DNA from: Candidatus Wolfebacteria bacterium
Lineage (GTDB): Bacteria > Patescibacteriota > Minisyncoccia > Phycocordibacterales > EsbW-18
NCBI GenBank assembly: GCA_022616195.1
Contig: JAKEFG010000014.1
Coordinates: forward strand, 1 to 61,204
DNA: 61,204 bases
Direction: 5' to 3'
Shown: positions 8,368 to 16,448 of the stretch, in pieces
Layout of the letters: each line of letters begins with the position of its first letter
Numbering within the stretch: the first letter of the stretch is position 1
The notes under the pieces: model-generated
Told to the model about the DNA's origin: nothing
Seen by the model: only the letters and a program-made list of their open reading frames with translations
Database searches by the model: none
Position numbers and translations under genes: made by a program

Positions 8368-9801
8368 ATGACCAAGGCAGACGAAAAACGCCTCAATGAC
8401 TTGTTTACGCTTATGAATTCTCCGCCGTCGCGTGAGCGAAAGCTTATCATCGGTGCGTATGTGTTTGCCAAGCACGCCCATCGAGGACAAAAACGTCTCT
8501 CGGGAAACGCATACTTTCTCCATACGTACAAAACCGCCCTGACGCTTGCAGGACTTGGTATGGACGCCGTGGCGATTGCCGCAGGGCTTCTTCACGACAC
8601 CATAGAAGACGGACACACGACGGAGAAAGAGCTCCGCAATGAGTTCGGTGACGAAGTTGCGTTCCTTGTTCTGGGTGTTACCAAGCTCGGGCGGCTCAAG
8701 TACCAAGGATTGAAACGACACGTGGAAAGTTTGCGCAAACTACTCCTCGCCATGGCGGAGGATATCCGGGTGCTTATCATCAAACTCGCCGACCGGCTCC
8801 ACAACATACAAACGGTTGGCTACCTGCCCGAAGACAAACAACGGCGCATCGCCCTTGAGACGCTTGAAATCTACGCGCCGCTCGCCCACCGTCTCGGGAT
8901 GAGCACCATCAAGGGCGCGCTTGAGGATTACGCATTCCCTGTCGTCTACCCCGAGGCATACCAAGAAACCGTCAAGCTGTTGGACAAGAAAAGTGCCGAG
9001 TACATTAACCGGCTTGAAAAAATCGCGCGCCGCCTCAAGCGCAAGGTGAGCGAATCACGCATTCGCATCGTCAAAACGGACTATCGGGTTAAACACCTCT
9101 ACAGCTTATATCGCAAGCTCGCCGAGAGCGACAAGAACATTGAAGAGGTGTACGACATCGCCGCCTTGCGCATCATAGTGCCGACCACAGACGCCTGCTA
9201 CCAAGTGCTCGGCATCATTCACACGCTCTACCGCCCGCTTCCCGGCCGCGTGAAAGACTACATCGCGAGCCCGAAATCCAACGGCTACCAGAGTCTACAC
9301 ACCACGGTCTTCGCCGGCGACGGCGGCGTTGTGGAAATCCAAGTCCGCACGCCGGAAATGCACCGCGTGGCGGAATACGGCACCGCCTCGCACGTCAGCT
9401 ACAAAGAGGGCACCGCCGAGCACGCCGAGTGGCTCTCGCGCCTGCGTACCATAACCGACAGCGACGACCCCTTGGGGTTTCTCAAAAATCTCAAGAATGA
9501 CTTTTTGAACGAGCGGGTATTCGTCTTCACCCCCAAGGGTGAGGTGATTGACCTTCCCGTAGGAGCAACACCGATTGATTTTGCCTACGCGGTGCACACC
9601 GACTTGGGGAACCACGTCTCCGCAGCGTTCGTCAACAACAAAATGGCGTCTCTGAACACGCTACTCAAAAACGGTGATATCGTCCGCATAGAAACGCGTC
9701 CGGGAGCGCACCCGACGCACAAATGGCTTGAGACGGCAACAACCAATTTCGCCCAGCGCAAAATTCGCACCGCCCTCAACAAAGAGCGACGCGTTAAATA
9801 G
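8368..9801 (+). CDS. rel: Bifunctional (p)ppGpp synthetase/hydrolase of the RelA/SpoT (RSH) family (HD, synthetase and TGS domains; no ACT domain)
   Basis: HD motif LLHDTIEDG, synthetase region YRVKHLYSLYRKL...DIAALRIIV...GYQSLHT, and TGS region VFTPKGEVIDLPVGATPIDFAYAVH. The start was moved to the ATG at 8368 (MTKADEK), because the upstream part of the ORF crosses a terminator hairpin. Confidence 0.9.
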   Translation: MTKADEKRLNDLFTLMNSPPSRERKLIIGAYVFAKHAHRGQKRLSGNAYFLHTYKTALTLAGLGMDAVAIAAGLLHDTIEDGHTTEKELRNEFGDEVAFLVLGVTKLGRLKYQGLKRHVESLRKLLLAMAEDIRVLIIKLADRLHNIQTVGYLPEDKQRRIALETLEIYAPLAHRLGMSTIKGALEDYAFPVVYPEAYQETVKLLDKKSAEYINRLEKIARRLKRKVSESRIRIVKTDYRVKHLYSLYRKLAESDKNIEEVYDIAALRIIVPTTDACYQVLGIIHTLYRPLPGRVKDYIASPKSNGYQSLHTTVFAGDGGVVEIQVRTPEMHRVAEYGTASHVSYKEGTAEHAEWLSRLRTITDSDDPLGFLKNLKNDFLNERVFVFTPKGEVIDLPVGATPIDFAYAVHTDLGNHVSAAFVNNKMASLNTLLKNGDIVRIETRPGAHPTHKWLETATTNFAQRKIRTALNKERRVK

Positions 9802-10762
9802 AGAAGTTGCTGATGGAGTAGATATCGTCGTCGCCTTCTTCACGTGTGGGCAACGTATCGCCATTGGAATTTTCTTCTTCGGCTGGAGCGTCGGCAATGG
9901 CAACCTGTATTACCTCGGGCGGCGCACCCGTGAGCTTTCCCTTCAAGCGTTCCATAAGCGCTTGCAGATCATCTTCGGTCGCAAAGTTGATAATGAGTTT
10001 GCCTCCCTCGCTCCCCGTGCGCTTCAGCACGTGCACCCGCGTCCCAAGCGTTTGCTCAAGCTCTTCCTCAAACGCCCGCACCTCCTCGCCGATTACCGAG
10101 CCGTAGGTGCGCGCCCGGTCATACGCGATGCGCTTGGACACCTGCTCGGCATCGTGCACCGTCATATTTTTGTGCAAGATTTCCTTGAAAAGGGTCCGCT
10201 GCTCCTCGGGACGGTCAACAAGCATCAGGAGCGGGCGGCTGTGCCCCTCCCGCATCTTCCCCTCCGCAATCGCCCGAAGCATTTCCTCGGGAAGCCCGAG
10301 AATACGAATAGTGTTGGAAACGTACTCGCGGCTTCGTCCCACGCGCCGTCCGATGTCACCGTGTTTATGACCGAAGTCGTTCGCAAGTTGGAAAAACGCG
10401 CGGGCGCGGTCAACGGGATTCAAGTCCTCGCGCTGGAGATTTTCAATAATCGCCAGCTCAAGTTTGATGTTCTCCGGCTCATCGCCGTCGCGGATGACCA
10501 CCGGCACCTGGGAAATCCCTGCAAGGCGAGCGGCACGAAGGCGCCGCTCGCCCGCAATGAGCTCATACTGCGAACGCATACTGCCATCATCAAGATATGT
10601 TTCCGTGCGCGTTACTACCAGTGGCTGGAGCACCCCGTACTGGCGGATGGAGTCGGCAAGGTCCTGAAGTTTGCCCGCGTCAAAGTCGCGTCGCGGTTGG
10701 TACGGGTTGGGGTTGATTTTATCCACCTCCACCCAGAAGATTGCATTATTCGCGAAGCTCAT
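9794..10762 (-). CDS. parB: Chromosome partitioning protein ParB/Spo0J
   Basis: 322-aa ORF with INPNPYQPR, GVLQPLVV, GERRLRAARLAG and an HTH region. Confidence 0.9.
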   Translation of the reverse strand: MSFANNAIFWVEVDKINPNPYQPRRDFDAGKLQDLADSIRQYGVLQPLVVTRTETYLDDGSMRSQYELIAGERRLRAARLAGISQVPVVIRDGDEPENIKLELAIIENLQREDLNPVDRARAFFQLANDFGHKHGDIGRRVGRSREYVSNTIRILGLPEEMLRAIAEGKMREGHSRPLLMLVDRPEEQRTLFKEILHKNMTVHDAEQVSKRIAYDRARTYGSVIGEEVRAFEEELEQTLGTRVHVLKRTGSEGGKLIINFATEDDLQALMERLKGKLTGAPPEVIQVAIADAPAEEENSNGDTLPTREEGDDDIYSISNFSI

Positions 10763-10859
10763 ATCACGATGCCAATATACGAATTGATACTAATAATACA
10801 AATGGCTACGAATAAAATATAGCAGAAAAGGGACGTTTTTGGTAGAATCAGAAACCAAA

Positions 10860-10941
10860 GGGCGAGTGGCGGAACTGGTATACGCGCACGACTCAAAATC
10901 GTGTCCCGCAAGGGTTGAGGGTTCGATTCCCTCCTCGCCCA
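10860..10941 (+). tRNA. tRNA-Leu (anticodon CAA), long variable arm
   Basis: Acceptor GGGCGAG/CTCGCCC, anticodon stem CACGA/TCGTG with loop CTCAAAA, T arm GAGGG-TTCGATT-CCCTC. Length 82 nt. A TGGTAGAAT extended -10-like box lies 11 nt upstream. Confidence 0.85.
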
Positions 10942-11010
10942 CTAGTGAGGGTTTTTACCGAGCACTAAACTTGTTTTAGTGCTTGGCGACCCCCTCCCCG
11001 GCACCTAATT

Positions 11011-11829
11011 TTGGATACCAACAACAAAAAACCCATGTCGTTTGACGCTCTACAAGTCGGACAGAAGTTCGGCCCGCACCCATTTTCGGTCAAAAAACTG
11101 TCGCACAAAAAATCTCTCGAGCTCCTCAACCAAAACACTCTTAGCAAAGAGCACATAAACACCCCGTACCTACTCCCTAGTGAGATTTGGGGACATGCGC
11201 GTTTGTTTTCGTCTCTCTTTGGCAAACTGAATGAGATGCTTATAACGACATCTCAATGGGAGATTCATAGCTCCATTCTACCCGAAGAAACTTTGTATGT
11301 AACAGGAACTATAACAAACAGAGAAGAAAATGGGGAGAAAAAAGTGGTAACATTTGAGACCGAGACGCGAGACAAAAACAAACGATTGTTGTTGCGGGCA
11401 AAGGACACACTCCTTTTCCTGCAAAACATAACTGGTTGGAAGTTCAAGGATAAAAAAATACAACCAACACCAGAAGGGCAATTATGTCTAAACCTACCAG
11501 TGAAAGTGTATTTTCGGCACGAATGGGATCCGAGCGTCTGGAAAAACAATATACACACCGATAAATACGCACAGACGCTCGGCTATAAACGAGGGTTACC
11601 CGAATTCACTGTTTTCTTTGATTGGATTTACGTTGCCCTAAAGCCCTTAGTGCCAGATCTAAATAAGAACAGCCTGAGAATTACTCTCCAAAAAATACTG
11701 CCTGTCTACGAAGACGATAGAATCAATATGCAGATATATAGGAATAATAATGAATACTCTATTCATTTCTTGAAGGACAGATATGAACGTATCCTGGCGC
11801 AGGCTTCTTTGATACTAGCACGGGAATGA
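11011..11829 (+). CDS. Hot-dog fold protein, MaoC-dehydratase-like (possibly a double hot-dog)
   Basis: 272-aa ORF. The C-terminal NIHTDKYAQTLGYKRGLPEF resembles the MaoC N.IH.D..A...G motif. The segment is visibly more AT-rich than its flanks. Its stop overlaps the miaA start (ATGA). Confidence 0.5.
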   Translation: MDTNNKKPMSFDALQVGQKFGPHPFSVKKLSHKKSLELLNQNTLSKEHINTPYLLPSEIWGHARLFSSLFGKLNEMLITTSQWEIHSSILPEETLYVTGTITNREENGEKKVVTFETETRDKNKRLLLRAKDTLLFLQNITGWKFKDKKIQPTPEGQLCLNLPVKVYFRHEWDPSVWKNNIHTDKYAQTLGYKRGLPEFTVFFDWIYVALKPLVPDLNKNSLRITLQKILPVYEDDRINMQIYRNNNEYSIHFLKDRYERILAQASLILARE

Positions 11830-12825
11830 AACCAAAACTCCTCGTCATTCTCGGACCGACGGCTTCAGGCAAGAGCACACTTGCCGTAGAGCTCACCAAG
11901 CAGTTTAATGGTGAGGTGATTTCTGCCGATTCGCGACAGGTGTACCGCGGACTTGATATTGGCACAGGCAAGGTCCCACGGGACTCAACCGACGACCAAC
12001 AACTTACAACCAGCGACTATTTTCACAAAGGCATCAGACATCATTTGCTTGATGTCGCGGAGCCAAACGACTATTTCTCCGTCGCCGATTACAAAAAACT
12101 GGCGGATGAAGCAATTCATACGATATATCGTATGAAAAAGCTGCCCATTCTCGCTGGCGGCACGGGGCTCTACGTTCAGGCAGTCGTCGATAACGTCGTA
12201 CCCCCAGAAGTACCACCCAACAAAAAACTCCGTGCTGAACTCGCGGAAAAATCAACGGGGGAGCTCTTCGCGGAACTCAAACGCCTTGACCCGACGCGGG
12301 CGGAAACGGTTGAGCGAGAAAACCCGCGCCGCCTCATCCGCGCCATTGAAATCGCGCGCGCACTGGAGAGCGTCCCCAGTCAAGATATCGCATTCCCCGC
12401 CGATTACAGCACAAGTCCCTATGACATACTCCAAATCGGTCTTGGCGTTCCCATTGAAACACTTACTGAGCACGTTCATGCTCGGGTCATTGAACGCCTG
12501 AAGAACGGGTGGGTGAATGAGGTACAGAATCTTCTTGCCCAAGGTGTTACACCGGAACACCTTGCCGAGTTTGGTCTCGGCTACAGGATTATCGCCTCCG
12601 CCATACAAAAAAACGGGGGGGGACGGAACCTATTCTCAAATTCTTGAGAATTTGAGAATAGGTTCCGAGAAGTGGAATAAGATGGTAGATACGATTACGA
12701 CTGCGGAGCGACGGTACGCCAAGCGCCAAATGCGGTGGTTTAAACGTGACCGGCGCATCCTGTGGTTCAGCCTTGGTGGGACAGAGAAAATCTTGAACGC
12801 GGTACAAAAATTCCTCCAAACATAA
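11826..12825 (+). CDS. miaA: tRNA dimethylallyltransferase MiaA; apparent +1 frameshift at a G8 tract, plus an in-frame palindromic insertion
   Basis: P-loop GPTASGKS, then SADSRQVYRGLDIGT and GGTGLY. The C-terminal YAKRQMRWF motif lies in the +1 frame (ORF 12517..12825). The two frames rejoin if the G-run at 12615-12622 is 7 nt rather than 8. Confidence 0.85.
12624..12667. repeat. Palindromic element, variant 1, extended to 44 nt (CGGAACC-TATTCTCAAATTCTTGAGAATTTGAGAATA-GGTTCCG), inside miaA
   Basis: 21-bp arms with a TG centre. It is read as YSQILENLRI in the downstream miaA frame. Confidence 0.9.
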
Positions 12826-12836
12826 CTGGTCTACAT

Positions 12837-12868
12837 CTATTCCACCACTCGCGCGAATTAGAGGAGGG
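12837..12868. repeat. Degenerate palindromic element, variant 2 (CTATTCCACCACTCGCGCGAATTAGAGGAGGG)
   Basis: It matches the variant 2 core at CTATTC.....(T)TCGCGCGAATTAGAG. It lies between the convergent miaA and arsR-family genes and contains the arsR-family stop codon. Confidence 0.6.
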
Positions 12869-13109
12869 ATACGATGGAGCGGGCCGGTTGTGAAAGTGTC
12901 CCGCCAAGACGGTAAAACACCTGTAAACTTCGCTGCTCGTGTTCCACAATATCCACCGCCGCCAAAAGCGAAAGGTGTTTTGACGTTGCCTTGAGTGAAA
13001 GACCGATTGCATCGGCAACCTCGCCTACCGCCGCCTCTTTCTCATCCTTGAGAAATTTCAGAATGGCGAGGCGCCGCCGGTTTGCAAGCGCTTTGAGCAC
13101 CCGCTCCAT
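12858..13109 (-). CDS. ArsR/SmtB-family transcriptional regulator
   Basis: MERVLKALANRRRLAILKFLKDEKEAAVGEVADAIGLSLKATSKHLSLL is a classic ArsR HTH. I chose the internal ATG at 13109 as the start. Confidence 0.8.
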   Translation of the reverse strand: MERVLKALANRRRLAILKFLKDEKEAAVGEVADAIGLSLKATSKHLSLLAAVDIVEHEQRSLQVFYRLGGTLSQPARSIVSLL

Positions 13110-13184
13110 TCGTACATTACTTTGTATATTACTACTCCGCATACATGCCCTGTGTCTGCCCCGCCACATCTACCCTACCACTAT

Positions 13185-13220
13185 CACTATTCTCTAATTC
13201 GCGCGAACTAGAGAATAGTG
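13185..13220. repeat. Palindromic element, variant 2, intergenic copy (CACTATTCTCTAATTCGCGCGAACTAGAGAATAGTG)
   Basis: 36-nt palindrome with one mismatch, lying between the MGMT-like stop and the arsR-family start. Confidence 0.85.
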
Positions 13221-13265
13221 GATAGCAACACCAAAACAACGCCAAATCTGTGGGTTGCGTTTAAT

Positions 13266-13583
13266 TTACTTGAATTCAAAAAGAATATCGTGGAAGTTTT
13301 TGATTTTGTCGTTCTTGTCTATTTCAATCCCCTCCTTTTTGTAGAGCCGCATTCGCTCCGCGCGATATCGCTGGCTGACCCAGATTCTGCCATCAGCATA
13401 CACAATCCGGTGAAACGGGATGTTTTTGACTCCGGCATCCTCCGCCTTGCTCAAAATATTCGTGATGCTCTGTGCGGCAAGCGCCCCGCCGCCCGCCGCG
13501 CGAGCAAGACGCCCGTAGGTCGTCACCCGCCCGCGCGGGATGGAGAGTGCCCGTTCTACCACCCGTTCGCTAAATGTTTTCAT
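13266..13583 (-). CDS. MGMT-family DNA-binding protein lacking the acceptor cysteine (alkyltransferase-like, ATL)
   Basis: IPRGRVTTYGRLA and NIPFHRIVYADG match the MGMT C-terminal domain, but PCHR is replaced by PFHR. The start was moved to the ATG at 13583, because the upstream part of the ORF overlaps tRNA-Ser. Confidence 0.75.
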   Translation of the reverse strand: MKTFSERVVERALSIPRGRVTTYGRLARAAGGGALAAQSITNILSKAEDAGVKNIPFHRIVYADGRIWVSQRYRAERMRLYKKEGIEIDKNDKIKNFHDILFEFK

Positions 13584-13631
13584 ACTAGGCGGACTGCGTC
13601 GCGCCGTAGGTTCACTACTGCGAACCGAAGG

Positions 13632-13714
13632 CGGAGGGGACAGGAGTCGAACCTGCAAGCCCTTGCGGGCGCCCGCTTTCCAAGCGGGTACCTTACCATT
13701 CGGCACACCCCTCC
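13632..13714 (-). tRNA. tRNA-Ser (anticodon GGA), long variable arm
   Basis: Acceptor GGAGGGG/CCCCTCC, anticodon stem CCCGC/GCGGG with loop TTGGAAA, T arm GCAGG-TTCGACT-CCTGT. Length 83 nt. Confidence 0.85.
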
Positions 13715-14116
13715 CTATTCCCCTGAATTCTCCGCGGCGCGGCGGCGGTAGTCAAGCCAGCCGAGCAAGTCAAGCGCCGCCGCCATAATAGCCGAATATA
13801 CCATGAGTGCAAATTGCGCCTGCGGGACGAGCCGAAGACCAAGCTCATACGCAAGTATGAATCCGGCTACCCCCGCCACAATATCAAGCAGGCGATTCTC
13901 CGTTGTTTCCTCAATGTTGAACCACGCCTCAATAAGCTCCCAACCAGCAATAAGTACAATGCCGAGCACATACGCCCACACACGCCCAAGCGGTACATAG
14001 TAGAGAGTGAGAAAACCAATAAGCGCGCCGCCCACAATGTGCGCAATCATCCACAGGTCAAAATACCGACCCTCCTCCCATGAAAACGTTACGTCCCGCG
14101 TGGTGCCGCCTTTCAT
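13715..14116 (-). CDS. Hypothetical integral membrane protein (about 4 TM helices)
   Basis: 133-aa hydrophobic ORF whose start overlaps the upstream GGDEF gene by 4 nt. I recognise no family. Confidence 0.5.
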   Translation of the reverse strand: MKGGTTRDVTFSWEEGRYFDLWMIAHIVGGALIGFLTLYYVPLGRVWAYVLGIVLIAGWELIEAWFNIEETTENRLLDIVAGVAGFILAYELGLRLVPQAQFALMVYSAIMAAALDLLGWLDYRRRAAENSGE

Positions 14117-14820
14117 AATTCGCTGTATCGCACCACGGCGTTTTTGCCGCGTGCTGTTTTTGCCTCATACATTGCTTTATCGGCATACCCCACGAGCTCG
14201 TCAAGATTGTCCGCGTCAGACGCGCGGAGCGCGGCAACACCGATGCTCGCGGTAACCGCCTTGTCCGGCGCCCGCGAGAGCGTAACCCTCTCACGAAGTG
14301 CGGACAGCGCTTCCTGCCCTTTCTCATACGCCTGGTCCTCGTTTGCACCAACAAGCGCCAGTATAAATTCTTCGCCGCCAAAGCGCGCCGCGCCATCAAT
14401 GTCGCGCACCTGCGACTGGAGAAATTCCGCAGTTGCCTTGAGCACCCTATCCCCTTCGTCGTGCCCATAGGTATCATTGACCTGCTTGAAATCGTCCAAA
14501 TCAATAAACACAATCGCAAAATCAATAATTTTAAGCGAACGTTTGGTCTCCGGATGCGTCTTGAAAAACACCGCCTCCCTGAAAATACCCTCAAACCGCT
14601 CGTAGAAACCACGACGGTTCATCACACGGGTCAACTCGTCGGTGAATACGAGTCCGCGCAAACGCTCCATCTCAACACGAATCTTCTCCGCCACCTCGTC
14701 GTGAGACGCCTCTTTGCCGTCCACCAATTCCGCCGAGAGTTCGTGGATATCGGTGACAAAACTCCGCAGGCGTTCAACCTCGGCTTTGAGCTCTTTGATT
14801 GTGTGTGTGGTTTCTTTCAT
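14113..14820 (-). CDS. Diguanylate cyclase (coiled-coil N-terminus plus GGDEF domain)
   Basis: FIDLDDFKQVNDTYGH and active-site GGEEF preceded by an RDID I-site (RxxD). Confidence 0.85.
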   Translation of the reverse strand: MKETTHTIKELKAEVERLRSFVTDIHELSAELVDGKEASHDEVAEKIRVEMERLRGLVFTDELTRVMNRRGFYERFEGIFREAVFFKTHPETKRSLKIIDFAIVFIDLDDFKQVNDTYGHDEGDRVLKATAEFLQSQVRDIDGAARFGGEEFILALVGANEDQAYEKGQEALSALRERVTLSRAPDKAVTASIGVAALRASDADNLDELVGYADKAMYEAKTARGKNAVVRYSEL

Positions 14821-14823
14821 TAC

Positions 14824-15714
14824 TTATGTTCCGCGCAAGGCATTAATCCGCTCTTGTACCGGCGGGTGGGTCAGAAACAGTTTTGCAAATCCCATCCCTC
14901 TTCGTGATACACCAAAAGGATTCGCAATATAGAGATGCGCCATCGCGGTGCTTGCGCGCCGCATGGGTACAGTATACGCATGAATTTTCTCAAGCGCACT
15001 CGCGAGTCCCTCCGGATAGCGCGTGAGAAGCGCGCCGGATGCGTCGGCAAGAAACTCGCGCTTGCGCGAGATAGCGAGTTGTATCAAGGTCGCAATAATA
15101 GGCGAGAGAATGATGAATACAATACCAATGAGCGCGAGAACACCTCCTCCGCCACCCTCGCGGCTACGCCCACCGCCCCAAAAAGAAACACGAATGAACA
15201 TATCCGAAAGAATCGCGATAAACCCGACCAACACCACAACCACCGTCTGAAGTAAAATGTCGCGATTCCCGATATGTGAAAGCTCGTGTGCGATAACCCC
15301 CTCAAGCTCCGTGCGGTTGAGTGTCTGCAGAAGCCCGCTTGTGACCGCAACCGCGGCATGTTCTTTGTCGCGCCCAGTCGCAAACGCGTTTGGCGCCGGG
15401 TCGTTGATGAGGTAGAGCGTGGGCATTGGGAGACCCGCGGTAATTGCAAGGTTCTCGGTCACATTCCAGAGATCGGGATAGTCGCTACGCACAACCGGCA
15501 CCGCTCCGGAGAGTTTGAGAGCTATCTTGTCCGAATTCCAGTACGCGAATATATTCATCCCGACGCTGAAAACAATCGCAACCCAGAGAATCTCGGGAGC
15601 GTCGTAGATATAACTAAATGAAAAACCAACCGCGACAATCACCGCCACAAAAACAGCCATCAAGAGCCACGTCTTCCGCACATTCTTATCTTGGAGCGTG
15701 TAAATCGAAGCCAT
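14824..15714 (-). CDS. htpX: Zinc metalloprotease HtpX (M48)
   Basis: HELSHIGNRD zinc motif, four TM segments, and a conserved C-terminal THPP..ERI. Confidence 0.9.
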   Translation of the reverse strand: MASIYTLQDKNVRKTWLLMAVFVAVIVAVGFSFSYIYDAPEILWVAIVFSVGMNIFAYWNSDKIALKLSGAVPVVRSDYPDLWNVTENLAITAGLPMPTLYLINDPAPNAFATGRDKEHAAVAVTSGLLQTLNRTELEGVIAHELSHIGNRDILLQTVVVVLVGFIAILSDMFIRVSFWGGGRSREGGGGGVLALIGIVFIILSPIIATLIQLAISRKREFLADASGALLTRYPEGLASALEKIHAYTVPMRRASTAMAHLYIANPFGVSRRGMGFAKLFLTHPPVQERINALRGT

Positions 15715-15754
15715 TGGAGAATAGTGAGTAGTAGGCGGTAGGTGGTGTCAGATA

Positions 15755-15931
15755 TTAACGAGCGGTGATAATGTCATCCACAAGCCCCTGTGATTTCTCG
15801 GTACGGGCCTCAATGTCTTGAATGGTGACAAATGTTTTCCAGAACACCACGACGAGCATCGCCCATGCAAAGAGCACCACAAACCACACCTTGCTCACGT
15901 TTCTGTTACCATGCGAATAAAGATTGGTCAT
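15755..15931 (-). CDS. Small single-TM protein (58 aa), not in the supplied ORF track
   Basis: ATG at 15931 overlaps the NUDIX stop (ATGA). Translation: MTNLYSHGNRNVSKVWFVVLFAWAMLVVVFWKTFVTIQDIEARTEKSQGLVDDIITAR. Confidence 0.3.
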   Translation of the reverse strand: MTNLYSHGNRNVSKVWFVVLFAWAMLVVVFWKTFVTIQDIEARTEKSQGLVDDIITAR

Positions 15932-16444
15932 GATTTCGTTTTTGACTTCATAGAAGTTGCACGCTCTTTGAGAATCTTGTCCACCATTTCAATCTCTTCA
16001 ACAATACCCTTGATAAGATCGTGGTCCTTTGCATTTTCCGCTGAAACCCATATGTACTCCACACTATCTGCATCAAGACGCACATCCCCGGACGCATACG
16101 CGGCAAAATAGCTTAGTGTCAACACTGGTACACCGTCCGGGCGCACAAAAACCAGATCAAGTAAATACTCAGGGTTCTCTAATCTCCACATTAACTTCTT
16201 CCCGCACCTCGCGGCGCAAGGTTTTCTCAAGGGCATAGTACCACTGCCCCTCTTTGTCCTGTGCGTTCGTATCGTGAATATAGTCATCGGTTTCCATACC
16301 ACCGCCCGGCACGGTCCAACGATTCGGAAAAACCTTCTTTTTGGGTGAGTGTTTGGTAATTAGATACTCGTACGTGTCCCCGCGGCGACGGTAAATAATC
16401 GCTGTAACCGCAATCCGATGCAGTTCTTTGTCCCGTACCTCCAT
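15928..16444 (-). CDS. NUDIX hydrolase with an apparent +1 frameshift at 16172-16174
   Basis: ORF 16169..16444 carries the Nudix box (WTVPGGGME...REVREEVN). ORF 15928..16302 carries the rest of the fold. Removing one G from the GGG at 16172-16174 joins them as ...VEIREPEYLLDLVF... Confidence 0.75.
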
Positions 16445-16448
16445 GTTG

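Noticed and set aside
15717-15745. GAGAATAG half-site plus irregular TAG repeats upstream of htpX, considered as another palindromic-element copy or heptad array.
   Set aside because: Only 8 nt match one element terminus, and the TAG spacing is irregular (8, 3 and 7 nt). This is too weak to call.
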